From NCBI GenBank assembly GCA_013265495.1, contig MU058045.1, forward strand, positions 257,241 to 321,240: DNA of 64,000 nucleotides, read 5' to 3'. Made by a program: the position numbers and the translations under genes. Shown one piece after another: positions 40,474 to 59,592 of this stretch. The DNA comes from Vicugna vicugna. Its lineage: Eukaryota. The notes beneath the pieces were generated by a model. The model was not told the DNA's origin. It did no database searches and saw nothing but the letters and a program-made list of their open reading frames with translations. Numbering within the stretch: the stretch's first letter is position 1; every line of letters begins with the position of its first letter.

Positions 40474-41701
40474 ATGGCCATGGCTGAGCGCCCCCGGCCT
40501 GGGTGGGCCTCATACCACAGCCCCAACACCAACAACTGCCAGGACCTGGGCAACTCCATTCTGTTGCTGCTGGGCCTCATCGTCTGCATTAACATTGGCA
40601 TCAATATGGTGACGCTGGTCAGGGTGGGGCCGGGCGGGAGGGTGCTGGCAGCATGGCTACGGGGCGGGCCTGGTGGCCAGGGCCAGCCCAGGGTCACTGT
40701 GTCCTCCCCCACCCAGCTCTGGCGCAGACTCCGTGGCTTCTTACACCAGGTATTCCGTGTTATTTGTGAGAAAGGTAAGTGGGGGTTGGAGGAGGAGGGG
40801 CAGAAACTAGGTGTTTCAGCCCTGACCCTGAGCTGGCCCCTTTCCCTCCTGCTCTCCCCTCCCAGACACCATCACTATGCAGCTCCTCTCCTTGCCCCCC
40901 GCCTCTCCAACTCTGTAGGAGCCAGGCTCCCACCAGCCTCTCACCTCTCCCTGATCCACAGAAGCTTCTAAGTCACGCTCACCTGGGAAGCAGACCCAGC
41001 CCCTGAAGCAGTGCTCCCAGGCAGTTCACCTTCGATGCACCGTGGACCCTGTGAAAATGACCATGACCCCCCCACCCACTCGCCGCCATCGCCACCGAGG
41101 CTCTGCAGCGCGTCGTACCCGCCGCCTGGTAGACTGGGTCCCTGACACTTATGAGGACAACGAGGAGGAGAGGCCTCCACATCAGCGCACAGTAACCTCG
41201 CACAACTGGGATTGCCCCGAGGACTGGGATGGCTTTCAGTCCACCCAGAGGTTCTGGACTCCCTGGGCCCAGGACGCCGTGGAGACACCCACCCAGACCA
41301 TCCGCTTCCAGCAGACTATAGAGGAAAGACCCCTCAAAAGAGAGATGCAGTCCGAGCTGGGCCTAGAGGCCTACGTGTACCCTGTGAACCCCCCGCCCCC
41401 CAGCCCTCAGGCCCTGAGCCACAAGAACATTGGAGGAGGGACGGGGGCAGGAGCCCAGGCGGAGCAGGAGCAGTGTTTGCCAGCCCAGCCACCCATCCTG
41501 GGCCCGGCCAACGTCCCGGACATCCCCCGGCGCCGCTCCTCAGGCCGCATAGCGTATGACGCCAGGGACGTGAGGCGGCGGCTGCGGGAGCTGAGCAGGG
41601 AGGTGGAGGCCCTGTCCCACTGTTACCCCCTGGGCTCCGGATCCAGCGCTGCTGAGGGGACGGACAAGGACTGGGTATACCGTTCCATGAAAGAGAGGTG
41701 A
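40474..41701 (+). CDS. SPEM1: Spermatid maturation protein 1, about 313 aa
   Basis: Exons 40474-40617, 40717-40774, 40962-41701. MAMAERPRPGWASYH, CQDLGNSILLLLGL TM segment, C-terminus YDARDVRRRLRELSREVEALS...KDWVYRSMKER. AATAAA at 41712-41717. Confidence 0.93.
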
Positions 41702-43663
41702 CTGGGAGAAGAATAAAAGAAAGAGAGGAGGTGGTTTGTGGTGGTGTGGGGGGGTGCCAGGGCCCACACAACACCCAGAAGCCTGGTTGCTAAGGAAATG
41801 ATCTCCCTGGCAACAGGGCCTAGAGAGCCCTGAGGACCCTCATCAAACCTCTTGGCCTCAGCAGGCCCTGTCCTCATCTCTCTCCCTGGCCCTTCTTGGT
41901 TCCAAGGCTCCCACTTGCCTCTACTCTTTTCTTTAGTGCCCAGAGAGGCCCCCCAAATTCTGCTCCAGACCCCCAGGCAGTATTGCACTAGAAGGGAGGC
42001 CCTCATCTCCATGGACCCTGCCCCTCAGGGGTCTGGCTCCTGCCAGAGCCCAGGTTTAGGCTGCAGCTACAGGTTAGGCATGGTTTTCTCTTAAGCCCTG
42101 GTTTCTCTGGGAAGGGACGGCTGAGAGTAAGGGTACCCAGGCCCTCACAGTTCCTCGGTCAGAACCCAAAGCTCCTGTACCCTTGAGCAAGCTCAGAGCG
42201 GAGGATGAAGTATTGAGGACACTCAAGGGCTGCCTCATCATAACATCACCACCCTCTGTGACCTCACACCCCTGATTAGCACCTCTGTGTCACAGATGAC
42301 AAAACTCAGGTTCAGAGAGGCCATGTGACTTATTCGTGGTCACACAGACAGCAAGGATCAACCTCATGGCCTCAGATGCTCTGTTCCCCTGGTCCCACAG
42401 GTAGATTCCCAGTGCCACAGAGTCAGCCTGGCCCAACAGAGTCTCTGCCTTCCTCAGTTTCCCATGTGAACGCATCAGAATATTCCATCCACTGGACAGC
42501 AGGGAAACCCAGGCCCTACCCCACTTCTAGACATCACATGCATGCACACAACTTGGGAACAAGGAGCCAGGCCAAAGGGCTAGACCTCATCACCTTCGAT
42601 ACCAGATGGGTTCCTGGAATGTGAGCAGACAGGCTTTTTATGAATCACCCTGCTTCTCTGTTCATTTTCATTCAACTAACATTATTGATCATTTTAAGCT
42701 GATTCCATTAAGTGGATATATATTGGGCACCTACTATGTGTTTGGAGGCTTGATAGGGAAATGCCCACTGGCTGTTCCTCTCTTTCAGCTGGGTTGTTCA
42801 TTGAGCAAACAAAATGACTTGAGGTCCCCCAGGCATCCTTTCATAGACCCCAATGATGAACCTGATTTCAACCAAAGACTCCTTTTGTCATATCAACAAT
42901 TACATCTGCTTTGTGAATTACATGTGGTTTTCTTCAGATGGCAGCTGTTTTTTAGCTTGGAGGGGTGGCTCAGTGGGAGGGCTGTTGGTTAGGAAGGCGA
43001 GAAACCATGGTTGGAGATGGTCCCTGGCAAAAGCAGCAACCCCAGGCATGTGGAAGTCAGTCTGGCTCTGAAGCAAAGGGGCCAGTAGGCTCAGTGACCA
43101 ACATCTGAGATGATGGGATGGGATGATGACAGGGAAATGGGCAGAACAGGGAGGGACTGTGCATCAGAGCGACCCCAGAGGGGACTCTTGCTATCATCCA
43201 TCCATCTAGTCACCCTAGCTGCTGGCCCCAAGCAGGTGTGGGTGGGGAGTCCCAATAGGCTATTTAAGTTGCCGTGATGTTTCAAAAGAACAATGAATTG
43301 GACGAAATCCTTTATGCATGATTTAATCCCTGTGAAGACTGTTTCACAACTGGAGCTACCATGTTTTCAAATGGAGTTAGGCAAACCCCTGGGGAGACAG
43401 AGGGACAGATGGACTGAACACTAGGATATTTGGGGATTGGGCTCCACTGTGTGGGAGCCAAGGGCAGAGATGGCCATATAAAGGGCCAGCTAATTGAAAG
43501 ATCTGCCATTTCTGCATTGTGACTCCCTGCAGCGTGCCTCATTATGACCCCATTCCCTCACTGGTTGTCCCCAGGTGTCCCCAGGTCCTGGCATGAGTGC
43601 AGTGTGGGTCAGGGGAGGTGGGGGGGCGGGAGGGGGGGGGCGGGGTGGCCCAGGTGGCCCTAA

Positions 43664-45478
<1,815 letters not shown>

Positions 45479-46183
45479 CGAGCAGCAAATGGAGGTGGTG
45501 GGGCGGAGCGTGGAGAGAGGAAATAAAGAGCAACCAGAGTCCAGGAAACATGGATGGTGTGTGGCCTGGAAGAGCCACTCCTTGGCTTCCTGAAATGAGA
45601 AGCCAGTGTTCCCTTCTTGGCCTGAGGGTCCCCTTGGCTTAGTGGTTGTGGTCTTGCCAGCATGGTCCTGCACTAACTAGATTTGAAGCTGCAAATCTAT
45701 GGTTCTCTGGGCACCTACTCTGTGTCTCAGCACTCCCTGTCCCCCCAGGGGGCTCAGAGGGCTCAGCCTCACCCAAGAAACTGTGGTCAGATTCCAGACT
45801 TGGAGGTGCCACATCTGGGCAAATCCAGGCCCACGCCCAGTGAAGGGCATGAAGAAGGCCAAGGTCCAGGATTCTAGCCAGGCGTTCCCTAGGGCTGAGG
45901 CCAAGGTCTTCCTAGTCTCAGGAGTGATAAGGGAGATAGAATGTGTGTTTGAACGAGTGAGTCAGCGGGTAGTGAGGGAATGTCTGACCGCTGGAGGGGA
46001 GGTGTGCTGGCCTCCCAACCCTGTTTGACTGTCCAGGTTCAGGTGACCTGAACCTAGTTACCAGGGAATGCCATCCTGGGCCCTCCTTTTCCACCTCCTC
46101 CCTCATTGTGACCCCAGCCACCTGCCCTATTATGACCCAGTCCTTCTCCACCTCCCCCACCAGAGGGGTCTGGCTCTTAGTGA

Positions 46184-50121
<3,938 letters not shown>

Positions 50122-50360
50122 GAGGCATCCAGCAACTCACCTGAGACCATCAAGGAGTGGGGATATCAGTGTGTGATGAGAAACTTGGAAAAAGAGAGGA
50201 CAGATGTGCACGAGAAATAAAGAGGCAAGAAAAGTATTCTGCAGTTGTTTGGTGATATCTACCCAGCCACACCCCACAGGGCCTGATCTGGACTGAAATT
50301 ACCCCTGCTTCCCCTGCGAAGCTACACAGCCAAACCCATTATCCCCAGGGTCCTAGAGCT

Positions 50361-50545
50361 GCACTGTCCAACACAGTAGCTATTAGCCAAATATGCCTAT
50401 TAGAATGTAAATTAGTTAAAATTAAAAGTTCTGTTCCTCAGTCTCATTATCTCTCAAGTGCTCGATAGCCACTTGTGGTTGGTGGCTACTGTATTGGATG
50501 GTACACATTTAGAACATTTCCATCATCACAGAAAATCCTATTGGA
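50361..50545. mobile_element. MER3/MER33-like hAT DNA transposon
   Basis: GCACTGTCCAA..AGTAGC...CAAGTGCTC.ATAGCCAC.TGTGG..GTGGCTAC.GTATTGGA...AGAACATTTCCATCATCACAGAAA. Confidence 0.65.
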
Positions 50546-51760
50546 GAATAATACTTTAGAGTTTAGAGGAACTTTCCTCTCCCTGTCACCCATACCCAGC
50601 GTCCTAGAACTCCCACAGAGCCCAGAGCACTTATTTCTTTTTAGGGTGGCTCAGAAGCCAACCTCTGGGGAGGAGGTAAGGTAGAGGGATGGACGCCTAA
50701 TGCCTGATTTCCCTGGACTGTGAGAAAGAGCTCACGCCTCAGTTTTCCTGACCTGGTGTCTCTAATCAAAACCAAATGTACAGAAACTTGACTCTCCAGT
50801 TCTGGGCTGTGTTTGGGGCTCTTGGTGACTGAGGAAGAAGACCTCTCTGTTAGTGACTAGGAACCCCAGGGACTTAGGCTCCCCAAACTGAGCTCTGGAT
50901 TCTGAGAATCCTCTCCTTTTTAGGCCTCTAATTTTTCCAGGTGTCTCCACTTAATTATCTTGCCCATGGACTAAGGCCTAATCCACTCCAGAGGCAGACC
51001 CTTGGGAAAAGGAATGTAAGAATTCCTCATTCAGTAATACATTGGTCTGATCTGTGAGCCTCTCTCTGGTTTCCTATTTCCCTGCCCCCCTTACCAGTCC
51101 CACCCTGGTTTCCCATCTTTCTGTCCTATTATTCTGTCTCCTAGTTTCATCCTAGAATTAAGCTGTGTCCATGACAGCATTGGTTACTGAAAGCAATTTC
51201 CTTCCCCCAATAATTTTCCAGCTGGGAATTCCCTCTGGACTTGATTTTCATTCCTGGTAACTCTTCTATATAGACACACGAGCCACAATATTCCAAAGTG
51301 TTTTCCCTGCCACCACTCGTGTCTGAGGTGAGCATCATTAATACATCCCTACCCTGAGTCAGATGTCCATTTCTGGGCCACCACCTGTGTGTTCTTGTCT
51401 AATACTACCACCACTGATTCCAAGGAGATACTTCTCCACCCAGCTGGGGAGCCCCTTTCCAACACCTCTCTGGCTTAACTCTGACCTTTTACAAGTCATG
51501 TGCAACCTTTTTAGGCTGCAGTCTCATCTCTAAAATGAAGCTATACTTGCATGGAAGAATCCTTCTAGATAGTGACCAGGGTTCCTCTACTCACACATGA
51601 GATGTAGAGGCCCCTATTTCTCCCTAGGCAGTAAGGTATGTCCCCCATTATGATTTGCTATTCAGATCCATCCTATTATGCCTCTGCTCCAACCCCAAGG
51701 AATGTTTGTGTTGGGTTGACCTGGGCTTGGAAAGGCACAGAATAATTTATCTCAATGGAA

Positions 51761-51980
51761 ACTACAACTTCCATCAGGCACTACTTCAACGGAACAGGAA
51801 AGGACGTGGGGGCGTGGCCCCAAAGCCCTGATAGCTTGAAAGATAAACTACAACTCCCAGGATCGCCGGGAGATCTCAGCAGAGCAAAAGGAGTGATTGG
51901 ACTCTCACTGGAGGCGGGGCGGGTCCGGAACCACCCTGACTTCCTCCATAAATGGGCGTGGTTGTAACTTAGGGGCGTGG
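51761..51980 (+). promoter_or_regulatory. TMEM102 promoter with ZNF143/THAP11-type ACTACAnnTCCCA motifs and GC/CCAAT boxes
   Basis: ACTACAACTCCCAG at 51847-51860, variant ACTACAACTTCCA at 51761, GGGGCGGG near 51916, ATTGG near 51896. Confidence 0.65.
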
Positions 51981-52431
51981 CCTTGTGGGCAGCAGGAAGA
52001 AGTTACCTGTTGAATCCTTCTAACCATCTTCTTCTCAGCCCTTGCAGCTACCCCTAAGAGGGAAGCTGCAAACCATAAACCTCTTCAGAAAAAGAGGTAA
52101 CGGGAGGCAGACAAGGAGCAGCGGAGGGAACTGACTATTGCATTCGGTAGGAGGGGCCCAACAGCTACTTTTTACCTGATGAGTCAGGTGAACCGGTCCG
52201 TGGGCGAGGGAGACCAGCGTATGAGAAAAGGGCTAGGACGGAGGAGGTATTTATTTGTTCGTTTTCAAGATTATATTTAGAGCCCTTGATCTGCAGACCC
52301 ATTGGCCGACTGTGGGGCACTCCCTCGGCCTCGGGAAGAGAGAACACGGGAGACTTTTCGGCAGCAAAAGAACGACCCATCCGGGTTTCCTACCGTCCGT
52401 GTATTTCCTAGCCCCAAAACTATAGAGCCAC

Positions 52432-54072
52432 ATGGCTTCCGCGGTCTGGGGAAGTGCTCCCTGGTGGGGCCCACCGCCCCCAGCCCCAGCCCGGCCGCTC
52501 ACGGATATCGACTTTTGCTCTGGGGCACAGCTGCAAGAACTAACCCAGCTGATTCAGGAGCTAGGTGTTCAAGAGAGCTGGAGCGACGGGCCCAAGCCGG
52601 GACCAGACCTCCTCCAGGCCAAGGATTTTGTTTTCTCTCTGCTGGGTAAGTAAACCCTCCCTGCCTTCGGGAACTCCCAGCTCTCTGCCACGCCCTACCC
52701 CGCCCTGGTTTTGGGTCACGCCCTCAGGATCCCTTCTCGTCCCTTAGGTCTCGTTCACCGCCGGGACCCTCGCTTTCCTCCCCAGGCTGAGCTCTTGCTG
52801 CTTCGTGGCGGGATTCGCGAGGGCTCCCTGGATCTGGGGCCTGCACCTCTAGGTCCCTATGCCCGGGGGCCTCACTATGACGCCGGCTTCACACTCCTGG
52901 TGCCCGTGTTTTCGCTAGACGGCACTGGACAGGAGCTACAACTGGATGTGGGATCCTGTTATGCATGGCTCTGCCTCCCAGAGCAAGTACACGGAACCTC
53001 AGTCCGGGAGGCATGGCAGGATTGCCTAGGACCCCCAGTCCCAGGGGGACGTGATTCGAACTTCCCAACCGAAAGCGAAGGAAGTTCCAAGGACCCGCAG
53101 AGCTCTGTGGACCAGCCTCACGGCGACGTTGCTGAGCCTGGGGCACATGTGTGTTTGGAAAAATCACCTAGTAACATTTCAGTGCCGGAGCTGCCTCAGG
53201 AAGACGTAACCGATGTTGGCTTTCCCTCATCCTTGAAAAAACCGAATGGTGACGTCACCACAGCAGCCGACGTTAGCCCCAGCCCAGTGCCAAAGCCGTC
53301 GGAGGCTCTGGAGGCATGGCCCACATTGTGCCCTGCCCAGGTGGCTGCCTGGTTCTTTGCTTCGCTGGCCGCGGTCGCTGAATCCCTGTTCCCGGTCCCG
53401 GGTGCCCCGCGCTTGGTGCATGCAGCCCGCCACGCCGGGTTCAGCACCATCCTCCTGGCTACTCCTGGGCCCCCGCGCCGCCTTCTGCTTTTCGACCTGA
53501 TACCCGTGGTGTCCGTGGCCGGCTGGCCCGAGAGGGCCCGTAGCCACTCTTGGGCCGGGCCTCTGGTTTCGGAGTCTTCCTCCTTCTACCTGGTGCCCGG
53601 CGGTGGCACAGAGCGGTCGGGCGCCTCCGGCTGGCAGCTCTGCTTCGCCCGCCAGGAGCTGGCGCTCAAGTCGCGCATACCCGCACCGCTGCTGCAAGCG
53701 CACGCCGCGGCCCAGGCCCTGCTGCGCCCGCTGGTGGCTGGGACTCGGGCCGCGGCTCCCTACCTCTTGCGGACGTTGCTCTACTGGGCGTGCGAGCGGC
53801 TGCCCGCGCTCTATCTGGCGCGGCCCGAGAATGCGGGCGCCTGCTGCCTCGGGCTGCTGGATGAACTGGGCCGGGTGCTCGAGGCCGGGACGCTGCCCCA
53901 CTATTTTCTGAATGGCCGAAAGCTCCGTGCCGGAGACGGCGCCGCTGTGCTGCTCGGGGCGTTGGCCCAGCTTCGCGGGGACCCTGCCGGGGCCCTCCGC
54001 ACCGCTGTGGAGGAGGCCAAGGCTGCGCGCAAGGGGGGCGGCTTAGCTGGCGTGGGAGGCGGAGCCCATTAA
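52432..54072 (+). CDS. TMEM102: Transmembrane protein 102 (CBAP; Mab-21-like C-terminal domain), about 512 aa
   Basis: Exons 52432-52645 and 52748-54072, total 1539 nt. [28 protein letters not shown]...[15 protein letters not shown]...LPHYFLNG. Confidence 0.94.
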
Positions 54073-54759
54073 AGATGTTGCTCCTACTAGCTTGGAAAGT
54101 GCTTTTGTTGGCCGTGGGATGTAGAGGGGACTGCTCTCCCCTCGCCTGGGAGACAGGCTGAGCGCCCTGGGCCCGAAGACTACGTTCTAGAAGGCCTCCT
54201 CACCTGTTCCTCCCCATCTTCCCATTCTCCTCCCGCCCCATCCCTGGCTCAGGTCGTTCCATTCCTGCCTCTCCACTTTCCAGATCTGTGGCCAGCATCC
54301 CTCCTGCTCCAGTGCAACCTCCAGCAAGCTTCTTCCCCCACTTACGGTTTTTTTTTCTCTTAAGAGTCAACAGGGATGGGAAGGTAATTGCTGACAAAAC
54401 GTGGAAAGGACCAGGGATTAACCAGTTTGGCTCACACAAAAGCAGAGGGATTAAGGAGGCCGGATTTAACCCCAGGCTAGATCTCACCACCACCCCTGTC
54501 TCTTCAGTTATTCCCTCCACTTTTCTCATCTAGTTCTGTCCTCCATCCCAGGCAGTAGGGTCCCTTTCTCCATTCCCAGGGCGTCCGCCATTCTACCTAT
54601 CTTAAGCCCAACCTCTCCTCCCATCCAGGGTTGTGTACAGTGGAATCGCCTCCTTGTCCCTCCTCCTCTGAACCCCAAGACATGCGGCCTTGCCTCGGCT
54701 CCGTCTGCCTCTAAGACCGTCCCCACTCCCTGCCTCCAAGGAACCCTGGGGTTCCGCCC

Positions 54760-55100
54760 GCCCAGCTTCATCCCCCTCTTTCCCGGCGTCTCCGCCCCCT
54801 GCCCCGCCCCCGAGCCGGCTCTCGGAGGAGGGGGAGCTGCTGTCACCGCCGCCGCCTCAGCTTCCCACAGCCGCTACCGCTGCCGCCGCTGCCGCCGCTC
54901 CGCTTGGTCCAGCCGCCAGGCCCAGTGCTCACTTCGCCGGACCAGGGCTCTCTGCGGAGGCACCCTCACTCCTTCGTGGGGTCCGGGACGCCTAGCCAGG
55001 CGTGAGGGGAAGCTCCGCTTGCGGGGTACAGGGAGGGAGGAGCCTGGAGCCGGAGCCAGCGCCAGCCGTCGCCGGATCGACAAGACAGGGCAGGTTGAGG
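54760..55100 (+). promoter_or_regulatory. CpG island; probable upstream FGF11 promoter / non-coding exon
   Basis: GC boxes, GCC-repeat leader at 54846-54900, candidate donor GTGAGG at 55002. Confidence 0.5.
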
Positions 55101-56175
55101 GGCGTCGGGGAAGGAAAAGGGGGTGCTATAGGCAGTCCCGGGGAGGACGAGGAAGCCCTGTCGCAGAAAGCTCTAATGCGCTCTGATTTACAGGGGGTCT
55201 GTTCACATTTGGGGGCCCGTGACAACGTGGGTGCTCTCCTCTCTCGAGGGGCTGGTTGGATTGGAGGGCTTGGGATCTAAACAGCACCAGCTGTTCCCAA
55301 GGAAATTAAGGGGCAGTCAGGAAAACCAAAAAATCAAAAAACCCCAAAACCTATGTCCCTTATTCCGAGGTGACAGAGGGCCCTTCAGACAACCACCTGG
55401 TGTAACCACTAGGAAGGGCGGATTTGGAGGTGACTTCAAAAGGAGTGGAGGGTAACAAGGTGAGGAAAGGGGCTCAGCAGCTAGAACTCTGTGCCACTAG
55501 AAATGGGGGTGACTTGGTAAAAAATGGTATTGTCCAGAGACAGGGTCGGGGAACCTCTTCTCACTGAATGGGGACAGTCTGGTATTTCAAGTCATAGATT
55601 TTGAGGATTGCAATATTTTAAAAAAGTGGGGGATTCTCCACTTAGAGGGTGGCAAAGGGAAAGACATCAAGGTTGGGTTCTTCCCTGACATTGGCATTGC
55701 CCCAGTAGGGGTGGAGTGAACCAATATCCCCAAAGCTAAGGACCCGCACCCTTAAGATTACAAGAGTGGATTTGGCAGGAGTGCAGGGCCCTGAAATAGG
55801 GTGGAAAGGTGCCTGGGGATATTCGAACCACGTTTTGGAAAATTTTAGGGTCTTGGCTTTGGGATACGGGAAGTGGAGGCCAGGACACTGGAGATCAGGG
55901 AAAGGGGGAGTTTTCAGTGGGGGCAAAAGTCGTGGGTGGGGTCAGTTGAGAGGTACATAGGCTGTTGGACCCAGTGGAGCTAGCAGGGGCCCAAGGGTGG
56001 GAGCTGGAGCCTGGGGTGGGGGTCATCTAGCGCTTATCCTCAGGTCCTGTGGGTAGGGCAGTGAGTAGGGACTGGAGCATGGAGAGCATGTCCTGGTGAG
56101 CAAGCGGGCTTCTCCAGGGGAGCCCAGCGCGCTCCGGGCGCCTGCCTGTTTGGGGGTGTCTCCTCCCGGGGCGCC

Positions 56176-59100
56176 ATGGCGGCGCTGGCCAGTAGCCTGA
56201 TCCGGCAGAAGCGGGAGGTCCGCGAGCCCGGGGGCAGCCGTCCCGTGTCGGCGCAGCGGCGCGTGTGTCCCCGCGGCACCAAGTCCCTTTGCCAGAAGCA
56301 GCTCCTCATCTTGCTGTCCAAGGTGCGACTGTGCGGGGGGCGGCCCGCGCGGCCGGACCGCGGCCCGGGTGAGTGGCTGGAGCGGGGTCTCCGGGCCTGG
56401 GGTCTCTCTGCCTGAGAGTTTGAGGCCAGGGACTCGAAAGAGTGGGGCCCAACTGAGGGGGGCTCCCTGAAAGTGAAAGGGGTGGGCCCGGACCACAAAG
56501 TCTCGGGGAGACTGTGCCTCAGTTTCCCTTCTCTTTCGTCCATAACCCCGAGTCTCCTTGCTTTCGAGGGCAAGGGGAAGACTTGGGGGCTAAGCCTGGT
56601 ACCCCAAAGCCTAGCAGCTCCCACTCGCCCCCCAACCCAACGCAGGAGTCCCCGCCCCCACCGTCCTCCGCCTACGTGCCGGCTCTCGCGATTCTTTCCA
56701 TCCGGAGCGGAGGGGCCTGGGGTTCCGGACGCCTGGGTCACCCCGAGGGTTTCTGCGGCTCCGGCAGCCCCGCCCCCGCCCCGGTTCTCCCGCTCCTCCA
56801 TGCCTTGGCTCGGTTCCCCCTGGCCGAGCTGGCCTGGCTCGGCGCCAATCTCCCCAGCTCTCCCCCGGGTGTCCTTGCAGCTACCTCGCCAGCCCGCCCC
56901 TCTGTGCGCCCTCCTCCCGTGACCTGCGCTGCAAGCTGGGAACTGGGCACCCCCTATAAACCCGTACGCGACTCAGAAATCGGGTCCCAGGGGCTCAGGG
57001 GACCCTCTGACGCGACTAACTCAGACACAGCACACGGCTGGAGACCCGCACTGAGACTGGGGGTCGTACCACCTATGAGGGGGTACCGGGAAGTCGGCCG
57101 GAAGCAAGAGCCGGGGGAGGAGAGTTGTGCGGGTTAGCCTGTGGTCCCCGTCCAGGTGCGACAGGCAGGGAGTCCCTCTGGCTTCGCTCCCGCTCGCTCC
57201 CAGCTCCCCTAGGGGGAGCCCCCTACCCCCTGCGCCCTCCTCCTCACCGCCGCCGGCACTTGGTAGTGGTACGGTCCGCAGCCCACCCTTTGAGTGGGAC
57301 CCGGCCCCCCACGTGATTCAGCTTGCCTCTCCAGCTCCCCGGCCCCCTCCCCCATTTCCTTGGTTTGGTACTGAATGTCCCACACCCCAGGCGGGTTACC
57401 TGGCTGAAGGGGAGAGGCTGAGCCTCAGGGAGGGCTGAGCCCCCGAGAGCCAGCAGACTGACAGACAGATAGACAGACAGATGGGTCAGTGTCAGTCCGG
57501 CGCTGGGCCAAGGAGAGGCCCGCGCCAAGCCAGCGGCAGCCGCAGCAGCAGGTGCTGAGTCAGCGTCAGGCCCAGTCCCACCCCTCCTCCTGAGGGGGCC
57601 CCCCTACCATGTGGTCACCTTACTGCCCCCCAACTCGCAAACACACTGCCCCTTCAGCAGTCCTGCCTGCCTCCCTCTGTCCTGCGTTTTCATGTATCTC
57701 TCCTCTTGCTCCTCTCTCTTCTCCCCTCCCCCATTCTGATTGAGCTGTAGAGTAGGAATTAAGCCTTTAAATAAATTTCAATAAATTAAACTGAAAGCTG
57801 GTGGTTAGAGGAAGCAGAAGGGGACCCACACCCCAACTTCCTCAGGAGTCCAAGAGGAGGGGGAGAGAGCTTGCTTGGAAGGTCAGTGAGCTGGGGCCCT
57901 GGGACCCACTTCCTTCCCTCGGTTCTCCCTTCTTTCTCTCCTCTGATCCCGCCAAGTGTACGAATGTTTTTGGGAACAGAGATGTCATGTTTCAAGATGA
58001 ATGTCTCTCTCTCCAGAGCCTCAGCTCAAAGGCATCGTCACCAAACTGTTCTGCCGCCAGGGTTTCTACCTCCAGGCAAATCCTGACGGGAGCATCCAGG
58101 GCACCCCAGAGGACACCAGCTCTTTCAGTGAGAGGGGAAGCCAGCTGCTGGGTGGGGAGGGGAAGAGCAGGCATAGGAGATGATCAACCTCTTCCCACTT
58201 TGGGTTCGTTTGTTTTCAGTCTGGCTCTTTGACCCCTAAGGGAGGAAGTAGAACTGGAACCTGGAGGGGGGCCCAGCTGGGAGCTGGAAGTCTGGGGTAC
58301 TGATACCCCCTCTCTCCACCTCCAGCCCATTTCAACCTGATTCCTGTGGGGCTCCGTGTGGTCACCATCCAGAGTAACAAGCTGGGTCACTACATGGCCA
58401 TGAATGCTGAGGGGCTGCTCTACAGCTCGGTGAGACAAGGAGGCTGAGTGGTCTCGGGTGTGGGGACTCCCCTAGTGACAGCTTTCTTGATTACAGATGT
58501 TTTGCAGCTCAGGGCTTCCTCTCTTCCAGCTCTTTCTGATGTCCTGCTTTTATTGCCCACTCTCGGACACCTCCTCTAGGGTCCCTCCAGTCCCTCCTCC
58601 TTGAACAGCGCCTCCAAATACCTCTGGCTCTTTGAATGTCCAACTGTTTCAGCCTTTTAAGACTCCCTTGTCTCATCCTACCTCCTCCAGACCTCATTAT
58701 TGACTCCCCAGAGTCATTCAGGATATAGGGGAAGGATTCAGGAATTCCTCCAAGCAGGAATTCCTTCCAGGTCCCCTGGATGGTGGGAGGTTGAAAATAG
58801 AGAGATGGTGTCTTCTTATCCCAGGGCCCCCCCGAAGTCTAGTTCCCGGCCCTCAGGGGGCCACCAGACTCTTCCTTATCCTCCCTTTCTCCCAGTTCCT
58901 GCATGGACTCAGAGGTTGGCCCTCCCAGCCTAAATTGTGTGGATTGTATCCTGGCTTGTTCTTCTCAGGGTCCCCTTCTGTCCAGTGATGTGTCTTTTTA
59001 TCTCTCTGTCTCTCTGTCTGTGTGTGCCTTTCTGGGTGTCTGTCTCTTCAGCCACATTTCACAGCTGAGTGTCGCTTTAAGGAGTGCGTCTTTGAGAATT

Positions 59101-59592
59101 ACTATGTCCTGTATGCCTCTGCTCTCTACCGCCAGCACCGTTCTGGCCGGGCCTGGTACCTGGGCCTGGACAAGGAGGGCCGAGTCATGAAGGGAAATCG
59201 AGTCAAGAAGACCAAGGCAGCAGCCCACTTTGTGCCCAAGCTCCTGGAGGGTGAGTTTGGACCCTCCAGGGAGAGGTGGGCCACATGGAAGGGTATTGAC
59301 CTTGTCGTGGACATCTAGTGACACAAGCTCAGGGACTATAGGTGTTTTAAGGGGATACCTATTATGACAAGTCAAGCCAGGAAGGCTTTGGCTTTGGGGA
59401 TTTGGGGAGTGCTCCTTCTGTGGGTTAGGGTTCCCAGAGGGGGGGTATAGGGGAAGGGAGCCCTTTCAGAGCTCTCTGTGTGCCTAACTCTCCTTCCTGT
59501 TCCTCTCTCTCCCCTTCACAGTGGCCATGTATCGGGAGCCTTCTCTCCACAGTGTCCCTGAGACCTCCCCTTCCATTCCCCCTGCCCCCTGA
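56176..59592 (+). CDS. FGF11: Fibroblast growth factor 11 (FHF3), 225 aa
   Basis: Exons 56176-56368, 58017-58127, 58326-58429, 59052-59250, 59522-59592, total 678 nt. [53 protein letters not shown]. Confidence 0.97.

Noticed and set aside
42606..42992. 128-aa ORF between SPEM1 and SPEM2 as a fourth paralogue
   Set aside because: No SPEM TM motif, no 58-nt exon and no paired promoter element.
57481..57558. MGQCQS... small ORF with a myristoylation-like start in FGF11 intron 1, as an alternative first exon
   Set aside because: The only nearby donor (after 57551) is weak and phase 2, while exon 2 needs phase 1. Unspliced, it stops after 25 aa.
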